Source: Oscillibacter sp. MSJ-31
GTDB lineage: Bacteria > Actinomycetota > Coriobacteriia > Coriobacteriales > QAMH01
Direction: 5' to 3'
Length of the DNA stretch: 36,090 nucleotides
Assembly (NCBI GenBank): GCA_963621315.1
Contig: CAVFDV010000004.1
Coordinates: 533-36,622, forward strand
The position numbers and the translations under genes were made by a program. Below are positions 1 to 5,805 of this stretch, one piece after another (position 1 is the stretch's first letter; each line of letters opens with the position of its first letter). The notes below the pieces were generated by a model. The model did not search any database. It saw nothing but the letters and a program-made list of their open reading frames with translations, and was not told where the DNA came from.

Positions 1-33
1 GTATCGAAACGCCCTTCCCGTGCGAGGAATTTA

Positions 34-47
34 CCCCCCCCCCCCCC
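34..47. repeat. C14 homopolymer (G14 on the minus strand)
   Basis: Read directly: positions 34-47 are 14 consecutive C, flanked by tta and gaagg. It lies at the window edge, so the surrounding gene context is incomplete. Confidence 0.9.
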
Positions 48-193
48 GAAGGCGGCATCGTGAATCTCGGGTCAACCGGGCGGACGGCTGGAATAAGCCC
101 CGTGTCCTGCACAGGGCGCGAAGCCGGCGCTATCGCATGTGGGGATGAGGCGCGCCGGGCGGCGCGCATGGGGACGGGCGCGCCGCGCCGCCG

Positions 194-418
194 CTATCCC
201 GCATGGGGACGGGATTCGCCATCGCCGCCATCGCCGCCGTCGTGCGCAAAGGCGGGCGCGCTGCTGCCGCCTGCGGGCATGATGCGCGGGGCATGGCAGT
301 TCGGGCACTTCGCCTCCCCGTCCGCGTAGGCCGCGCCGCACAGGGGGCAGCGCCCGAAATCGGCCTTTTCCTTCACCACCGCGCACTTGCCGCAGCGCGT
401 GCAAAACATGCAGGCCAT
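194..418 (-). CDS. small zinc-ribbon protein (74 aa), function unknown
   Basis: The ATG at 418 has GGAGGG 8 nt upstream (reverse complement of 419-440). Third codon positions are strongly GC-rich, as in neighbouring genes. There are three Cys clusters (CMFCTRCGKC, CPLC, CPNC), followed by a Gly/Asp-rich tail. Confidence 0.55.
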   Translation of the reverse strand: MACMFCTRCGKCAVVKEKADFGRCPLCGAAYADGEAKCPNCHAPRIMPAGGSSAPAFAHDGGDGGDGESRPHAG

Positions 419-569
419 AGTCGGCGCCCTCCTTTCCTTCTCCCCCTCATCGCCGCGCCCCTTCGGGCATAAGAAAACGCGAGGAGGCGGGCCGCTGTGC
501 CTGCTTCGCTCCGCACACGCGCGCCCGCCCCCTCTTTTGGCTTATGGATGAACCGAGAGGCCTTGCGGC

Positions 570-605
570 CTTGCCCGAAATCCCCCAGACAGGCTTTCGG
601 GCAAG
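570..605. repeat. inverted repeat with perfect 11-bp arms downstream of the MFS gene
   Basis: CTTGCCCGAAA (570-580) and TTTCGGGCAAG (595-605) are exact reverse complements separated by a 14-nt loop. A third copy of TTCGGGCA lies at 621-628, and GCAAGACC occurs twice (601-608, 613-620). No T-tract follows on either strand, so this is not a canonical intrinsic terminator. Confidence 0.6.
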
Positions 606-644
606 ACCCCACGCAAGACCTTCGGGCAGTCCCTGAAAACAGCG

Positions 645-1970
645 CTAGCCTTGCTGCATCTCCTTGCGCGCAACGCCCTTGCGCGGCATGAGGAACGCGA
701 TCACCGCGGCGATGGCCATGGTGATGCCGACGATCAGGAACGAGTCGCCCACGACGCCGGTCGCGTCGATGACGATGCCCGCCAGCCACGGGCCCAGGTA
801 GCGGCCGACGATGTTGATGGTGCCGACCACGCCCGTGCCCGTCGCGCGGATGTCGTCGTCGTAGTACTCGCCGGCGCAGGTCATGATGACCGTGATGACG
901 CCCGTGCACGCCGTGTTGGCCGCGACGAAGAAGTACAGGATGCCGAGGTTCATCTCGGCGCCGCTCGTGAGGTAGAAGAAGTACCCGAAGCCGAAGACCG
1001 CGTTCAACGCGACCATGATGGCCATGAGGGTCTTGCGCTCCATGCGGTCGGAGATCTGCCCCAGGATAAGCTCGGTGATGATGCAGCAGACGCCCGCGAT
1101 GGAGATGGACAGCGAGGCCGCCGCCAGGTCGAAGCCGACGTTTTGGATGGTCGCGACGTAGTATTGGGTCGCCGCCATGTAGCCCACCTGGTAGACGATG
1201 TAGAAGATGCCGAAGTGCCAGGTGATGGGCATCTTCAAGACGCGGCTGATGGCGCTGCTGTTGTTGCCGGTTGCCTCGCCCGCAGCGGCCTTCTCCACCT
1301 TGGGCTCGGGAGCCGCCTGCACGCCCTCGGGCGCACCATAGGGGCGCAGGCCGAGGTCTTCAGGGCCTTCGCGGAAGGTGACGGCGATGAAGACGGCGAT
1401 GGCCGCGTAGATCACGCCGAAGATGATGTAGGACATGGCCCAGCCCATGCTCGCGATGATCATCGGGGCGACGATGCCCAGCACCAGGGCCGAGAAGTTC
1501 GCGCCCGGGGTGATCAGCGACATGCCCATGCCGCGCTTGTGCGGCGCGAACCAGCGGGACACGATCTTGGGCAAGATGGCCATGAGCAGGCCTGCGGTGC
1601 CGCAGCCGGCGATGGCCCAGGTGACGATCGCGGGGACGAGGCCCAGCGGCGCGCACAGCCCGAAGAGTATGGCGCCGATCGCCGCAAGCGAGCACGCCGC
1701 GACGATGGCCTTGCGCGTGCCTATCTTGTCGGCGAGCATGCCCCATGCAAACGAGAGGCCTGCGTAGAAGATCATGTAGACGGACGTGACGAGGCCTATC
1801 TCGGCGTAGCCGACGTCGAGGGCCTGGCGGATGGACTCGAGCGAGATAGCCGGCAGCCTTTGCGCGCTCAAGACGATGAACTGGGTGAGAAAGCCTCCGA
1901 GGCAGATGACGAAGGCGTAGTGCAGCACCTTGTTCTTCTTCGGTGCCGCGTCTTCCACTGTTTGCAACAT
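645..1970 (-). CDS. MFS transporter (441 aa)
   Basis: AGGAGG lies 6 nt upstream of the ATG at 1970. The protein has about 12 hydrophobic segments with a central hydrophilic loop. It carries an MFS motif-A-like sequence, GMLADKIGTRK. The antisense 497-aa ORF has Arg/Asp/His-rich shadow composition. Confidence 0.9.
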   Translation of the reverse strand: MLQTVEDAAPKKNKVLHYAFVICLGGFLTQFIVLSAQRLPAISLESIRQALDVGYAEIGLVTSVYMIFYAGLSFAWGMLADKIGTRKAIVAACSLAAIGAILFGLCAPLGLVPAIVTWAIAGCGTAGLLMAILPKIVSRWFAPHKRGMGMSLITPGANFSALVLGIVAPMIIASMGWAMSYIIFGVIYAAIAVFIAVTFREGPEDLGLRPYGAPEGVQAAPEPKVEKAAAGEATGNNSSAISRVLKMPITWHFGIFYIVYQVGYMAATQYYVATIQNVGFDLAAASLSISIAGVCCIITELILGQISDRMERKTLMAIMVALNAVFGFGYFFYLTSGAEMNLGILYFFVAANTACTGVITVIMTCAGEYYDDDIRATGTGVVGTINIVGRYLGPWLAGIVIDATGVVGDSFLIVGITMAIAAVIAFLMPRKGVARKEMQQG

Positions 1971-2056
1971 GATGTTCCTCCTTTACTCGGTTGCAAAACT
2001 CCTATAGTCCGGGCGCGTCGCCCGGGCAAACGGCCTCGCCCCTTTGCGCAAGGCCG

Positions 2057-2167
2057 GTGGTGCCGTGCTGTTGAAGCGCCGCGCGGTGCCGCGCGGGGTG
2101 GTGCGTTGCGTGGCGGTGCGGTGCGTGGCGGCGCGGGGTGGTGAAGCGCCGCGCGCGGTGCCGTGCA
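2057..2167. repeat. mosaic of direct repeats in the spacer upstream of the MFS gene
   Basis: GCGCGGGGTGGTG occurs at 2091-2103 and 2131-2143. TGAAGCGCCGCGCGGTGCCG at 2072-2091 recurs at 2142-2163 with one extra CG. GGTGCCGTGC occurs at 2060-2069 and 2158-2167. A degenerate GTGCGTGGCG tandem lies at 2101-2130. Confidence 0.8.
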
Positions 2168-2197
2168 AGGCCGCGGCCTTGCGCATCGCCGCCCCTC

Positions 2198-2698
2198 TCA
2201 GGCAGACGTGCGCGAAGCGCTTGGCGTGCGCGGCGCGCGCGAGGCCTTGCGGGCGAACAACGAGGCGAGGGCGCCCGCTTTGCCCGCACGCCTCTCCCGG
2301 CGTGCGATCGCGCGCTGCTCCTTTGCAGCCCGGGCCTCGGCGTCGAATCGCGCGCATGCCGCCTCGCCTTCCGTCTCCTCGAGCTGCGCATGGCGCTCGA
2401 GCAGCTCGTCGTCGGCGAACAGGCGCGCCGCCCGCTTCTTGTCGGAGGCGGGCACGTAGAGGTCCACGCCGTAGTTCTTGTCCTTGCTCTGCGGGATGGC
2501 CATGCACATGATCGGGTGGTTCATCTTCATCGTGCCGAGGTCCTTGCCGTAAAGCGCGATGCCCTCGTGGCGAAACAGGTTCGCGATGCCCCGGTAGCGC
2601 CGAAGCTCCTTGACGTTTCCCAGGTAGCTCCACGTGGTGCGCTCGAACTCGTCGAGGTCGACCATGGTCGTCCATCCCTTTTTCTGCTGTGGCAACAT
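2198..2698 (-). CDS. hypothetical protein (166 aa), weak DUF2007-like (PII-fold putative signal-transducing) pattern, basic Ala/Arg-rich tail
   Basis: The internal ATG at 2698 has AGGAGG 7 nt upstream, so the annotated 282-aa ORF is an over-extension with an Arg/Gly/Ala shadow N-terminus. The pattern W..L....EL.....A.L....GI...(x)...V.LYVP..D...A..L recalls DUF2007. That resemblance is from memory only. Confidence 0.6.
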   Translation of the reverse strand: MLPQQKKGWTTMVDLDEFERTTWSYLGNVKELRRYRGIANLFRHEGIALYGKDLGTMKMNHPIMCMAIPQSKDKNYGVDLYVPASDKKRAARLFADDELLERHAQLEETEGEAACARFDAEARAAKEQRAIARRERRAGKAGALASLFARKASRAPRTPSASRTSA

Positions 2699-2739
2699 GC
2701 GACGTTCCTCCTTTGCGCGTCTTTTGCCCTTGCCCTTCC

Positions 2740-2759
2740 GTGCTTTGCCGTGCTTTGCC
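2740..2759. repeat. tandem decamer GTGCTTTGCC x2 inside a run of TTGCC motifs
   Basis: Read directly: 2740-2749 and 2750-2759 are identical. TTGCC recurs six times between 2723 and 2767. Confidence 0.85.
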
Positions 2760-2770
2760 GCTTGCCCTGC

Positions 2771-2829
2771 GCGCGCCCCACGTGCGCCGGCTCGCGCACA
2801 GGGCTTGCCTGGCGGCGCGCCCCACGTGC
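2771..2829. repeat. 15-bp direct repeat GCGCGCCCCACGTGC x2, spaced 44 bp start to start
   Basis: There are exact copies at 2771-2785 and 2815-2829, and each contains the palindrome CACGTG. They lie in the 164-nt spacer between the FeS-subunit gene and the 166-aa gene. Confidence 0.85.
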
Positions 2830-2862
2830 AGGCGCGCACCTCGCCGGCCTTGCCGCATGCCC

Positions 2863-3195
2863 CTAGGGCATGAAGCAGCAGACCTTCTTTCCGCCCAGCT
2901 CGACCATGCGCGCCGCCATCTGCTCGACGGGCAGCACCTCGATCACCTTGGCCAGGCAATGCAGCTCGCACGAGGCCGGCTTGCCCGCCTCGACGCGCTC
3001 GGCGCACAGATCGCACAGCCGCGAGGGCACGGGCACGTAGTCCCACTCCCAGGCGCCGCCGAGCTTTTCAGGCCCTATCTGCTCGACCTTCACGCCCCAT
3101 TCGCCGCCTTCGAGGCCCTTTTCCTTCAAGCACGAGATCTCGCAGGACTGGCAGCCCGTGCACAACCCGTAGTTGATGAGCATTCCGTAATCCAT
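2863..3195 (-). CDS. 4Fe-4S dicluster ferredoxin-like small subunit of the molybdopterin oxidoreductase (110 aa)
   Basis: The ATG at 3195 has GGAGGGAG upstream and lies 18 nt after the stop of the catalytic subunit. The Cys motifs are CTGCQSCEISC and CDLC-x11-CELHC (8 Cys). The rest of the 461-aa track ORF is an out-of-frame overlap with the upstream gene. Confidence 0.85.
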   Translation of the reverse strand: MDYGMLINYGLCTGCQSCEISCLKEKGLEGGEWGVKVEQIGPEKLGGAWEWDYVPVPSRLCDLCAERVEAGKPASCELHCLAKVIEVLPVEQMAARMVELGGKKVCCFMP

Positions 3196-3212
3196 CGCAG
3201 ACTCCCTCCTAC

Positions 3213-5504
3213 CTACTCGTCCAGGCTCGCGACCCGGCGTATGCTGCAGATGCCGTTTTTGTAGGGCGCGCCATAGCCCGTCACCGAGACGCTCTCGTGC
3301 GGGATCAGGTTGTTGGCGTTGGCCTTCCACACGCCGTAGAGGTTCGGCGCCTCGCCGTCTTGCTCGGGGAACCACCACGCATGCTCGACGTGCACGAACT
3401 TGTCGTTTACCTCGTGCGACAGATGCGCCTTTTGCTTCATGGAGCCCTGCGGGCTTTTTATCTCGACCCAGTCGCCTTCCTGAATGCCATAGTCTGCGGC
3501 CACGTCCGGGCTGATGGTGACGAGCGGCCAGGGGTGCAGCTTGCGCATGCTCGTGCCCTTTTGCCTGTGCTCGGAGTGAAACATCGAGATATGCCGTCCG
3601 CCCGTCGTGTAGTACAGCGGGTACTCCTCGGCCAGGTCCGGCCGCGACAGGTGGCTGAACTCGGGCTCCTCGAAGTAGGGCACGGGCTGCTCGCCGAACA
3701 TCTCGAGCACGACCGACCACAGCTCGATGCGCCCGCTGCTCGTCTGGAAGCCCGGCTGCCCGTCGTCGCGCAGCAGCCCCTTCTCGTACTTGCGGTACTC
3801 GTAGCCGGCCATCTTCGCGGGCACGGCCTTCACCTCGTCCAGGCCGTAGCCGTAGTTCTCCTTGAGCTTTTGGTCGAAGAACTCGTCGGGCGAGTCCATG
3901 CTCTCCCACAGCTCGGGGCGCATGCGCTTGCCCATGTCGATCAAGATCTCGAGGTCGGATTTCGTGTTGGGGTTGTGCACCGCCTCGTTCATCGCGCCGA
4001 TGAAGTGCTGGTTGCGCCCGTAGTTCGGCGTGACCAGCCCCTCGTGCTCGGCAAAGGTCGACAGCGGCAGCACCATGTCGCACAGGCCCATGATGGTCGG
4101 CGTCATGAAGATGTCTTGGGCGACGACGAACTCGAGGTCTTTCATCGCCTCGTACCAGCGCTTGGGCTGGTCGGCCATGCACGCGAGCGGGTTGTTGCCG
4201 ATGATCCAGCACATGCGCAGCTTGTAGTACTCGGGGCGGTCGGCCCACTTGCCCTCCAGCCAGTTCAACAGGGTGTCGCCTTGCACGCCGCCCATGGCCG
4301 CGCCCGCGTTGAACAGCGCGTACTTGCCGTCCGGGTCCACGATGTGCTTTGCCGCCATCTCCGGCGAGATGGTGTCGGACATGTCATAGCGCCATTGCCC
4401 GATGAAGCTCGTGGGCTTGGTGATGGTGATGCCGCCCGGCACGTCGATGTAGCCGCATATGGCGCATATGGCCAAAAAGCTCTGGGCCGCCTGCGTGGAC
4501 TGCTTGGACTGGTCCAGCGCCACGCCCCAGGTGGCCGTCGAGGGGGCGTTGCCGGCAAAGGCGCGCGCCGCGCCCACGAGCTGTTCCGGCTCGACCCAAG
4601 ACACCTCCTGCACCTTCTCCGGGGTCCAGTCCTTCACCGCCTCGGCCAGCTCGTCGAAGCCGTAGCACCACTTGTCCACGAAGTCGTGGTCGTAGAGGCC
4701 TTCGGTGATGATGACGCGCAACATGCCCATGCCGACGGCGGCGTCCGTGCCCGGGCGCAGCTGCAGGTGGTACTCGGCGTGCGCGCCCAGCCAGGTGAGG
4801 CGCGGGTCCACGGTGATGATCTTCGAGCCGCGCTTCATCAAGTCGATGATGCTGTGCCCGAAAAAGCCGTCGGGGCTGGAGTAGAGCGGGTCCTTGCCCC
4901 AGACCATGATGTACTTGGGCACCTCGTAGCCCGGGTGGTCGTAGCGGTCCTCCCAGTATTGGGCGAAGTCGATCTCGGGCACGCCTGCGCCCAGCAGGTA
5001 GTTCGTGATGGTCGCGCGCGGCCCGTAGCATGCCTCGCCGGAAAACGCGTAGGTGGACGCGCCGTTGGGCGAGTTGCAGATGGCCGGCCCGTAGACGGGC
5101 GCGTAGAGCGTGGACTCGCGGCCGGTGCCCGTCAGGGTGAATATGGTCTCGGCGCCCCAGGTGTCCTGTACCTCGCGGATCTTGGCCTCCAGGATGTCGT
5201 AGGCCTCGTCCCAGGAGACCTCGCGCCAAGCGTCCTTGCCGCGGTCGGCGCGGTCGCGCACCATGGGCGATTGCAGGCGCTCGGGGCTGTACATGATCTC
5301 GTCGAGCGCAAGGCAGCGCGGGCACAGGCGCCCCTGCGTGATGGGGTGGTCGGGGTCGCCTTCCACCTTCACGAGCTTGTTGTCCTTCACGTGCAAGATC
5401 AGCCCGCACCCGACGGGATGGTCTCCGGGGGGCGACCAGGCGCAGGTGCGCACCTTCATCACCCCGTCCTCTTCTGAAATCCAGGGCTTTTGCGTCTCGG
5501 CCAT
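3213..5504 (-). CDS. molybdopterin (bis-MGD, DMSO-reductase superfamily) oxidoreductase catalytic subunit, 763 aa, no Tat leader
   Basis: The ATG at 5504 has GGAGGG 8 nt upstream. The MopB-type core includes IITVDPRLTWLGAHAEYHLQLRPGTDAAVGMGML. A C-terminal molybdopterin-binding domain includes ISPDVAADYGIQEGDWVEIKSPQGSMK. The N-terminus MAETQKPWISEEDGVMKV has no RR motif. The N-terminal Cys pattern is C-x12-C...C-x2-C. Confidence 0.9.
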   Translation of the reverse strand: MAETQKPWISEEDGVMKVRTCAWSPPGDHPVGCGLILHVKDNKLVKVEGDPDHPITQGRLCPRCLALDEIMYSPERLQSPMVRDRADRGKDAWREVSWDEAYDILEAKIREVQDTWGAETIFTLTGTGRESTLYAPVYGPAICNSPNGASTYAFSGEACYGPRATITNYLLGAGVPEIDFAQYWEDRYDHPGYEVPKYIMVWGKDPLYSSPDGFFGHSIIDLMKRGSKIITVDPRLTWLGAHAEYHLQLRPGTDAAVGMGMLRVIITEGLYDHDFVDKWCYGFDELAEAVKDWTPEKVQEVSWVEPEQLVGAARAFAGNAPSTATWGVALDQSKQSTQAAQSFLAICAICGYIDVPGGITITKPTSFIGQWRYDMSDTISPEMAAKHIVDPDGKYALFNAGAAMGGVQGDTLLNWLEGKWADRPEYYKLRMCWIIGNNPLACMADQPKRWYEAMKDLEFVVAQDIFMTPTIMGLCDMVLPLSTFAEHEGLVTPNYGRNQHFIGAMNEAVHNPNTKSDLEILIDMGKRMRPELWESMDSPDEFFDQKLKENYGYGLDEVKAVPAKMAGYEYRKYEKGLLRDDGQPGFQTSSGRIELWSVVLEMFGEQPVPYFEEPEFSHLSRPDLAEEYPLYYTTGGRHISMFHSEHRQKGTSMRKLHPWPLVTISPDVAADYGIQEGDWVEIKSPQGSMKQKAHLSHEVNDKFVHVEHAWWFPEQDGEAPNLYGVWKANANNLIPHESVSVTGYGAPYKNGICSIRRVASLDE

Positions 5505-5680
5505 CTGAAATCCCTCCTTCTCTCTTGGCTGCAAGCGCCGCCACGCCCTTTGACGTGGGCGCGGCGAAGCGAAGCTCTTGCGGGAGAGAAGATATGGAGA
5601 AAACGTGGGGCAGCAAAGCTGCCTTACGGGTGGTTTTTCGCGTTTTCGGCAGGTTTTTTCGGGGGGTGAGAGGGGCGGCG

Positions 5681-5705
5681 CATGCAACCCGAAAGGGGTT
5701 GCATG
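5681..5705. promoter_or_regulatory. 25-nt palindrome (perfect 10-bp arms): candidate operator or RNA hairpin between luxR and the Mo-enzyme gene
   Basis: CATGCAACCC (5681-5690), GAAAG, GGGTTGCATG (5696-5705). It lies 101 nt downstream of the luxR stop and 177 nt upstream of the Mo-enzyme start. No T-tract follows on the minus strand. Confidence 0.4.
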
Positions 5706-5805
5706 GGGCTATTTAGCTGGGATGATGGAAGGGTGGGGCAAACGCGGGGCGATTCGGCGGCTGTGCGGGGGCTGTTCGAGGGTTGTCCGGAGGCGCCCGG
5801 ATAAA

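Noticed and set aside
60-472. ORFs at 60-329 (+), 72-404 (-) and 203-472 (+) overlapping the zinc-ribbon gene
   Set aside because: They have no RBS and Arg/Ala/Pro-rich shadow composition. The 194-418 minus-strand ORF has an SD, coding-type GC3 and ordered Cys motifs.
651-2144. 497-aa plus-strand ORF antisense to the MFS transporter
   Set aside because: Its Arg/Asp/His/Gly-rich composition has no hydrophobic core or recognisable motifs. It exactly shadows a well-supported minus-strand gene, which is typical of a high-GC antisense ORF.
3297-5477. 726-aa plus-strand ORF antisense to the molybdopterin oxidoreductase, plus the 410-aa minus-strand alternative frame at 4384-5616
   Set aside because: These have shadow-ORF composition (runs of R, H, G, V, A, L). 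The sense frame carries clear MopB and molybdopterin-binding motifs and a proper RBS.
5505-5805. Moco riboswitch or other leader RNA upstream of the Mo-enzyme gene
   Set aside because: By eye I could not recognise the conserved Moco-motif core in the minus-strand leader, only generic hairpins. This needs an Infernal scan to exclude it formally.
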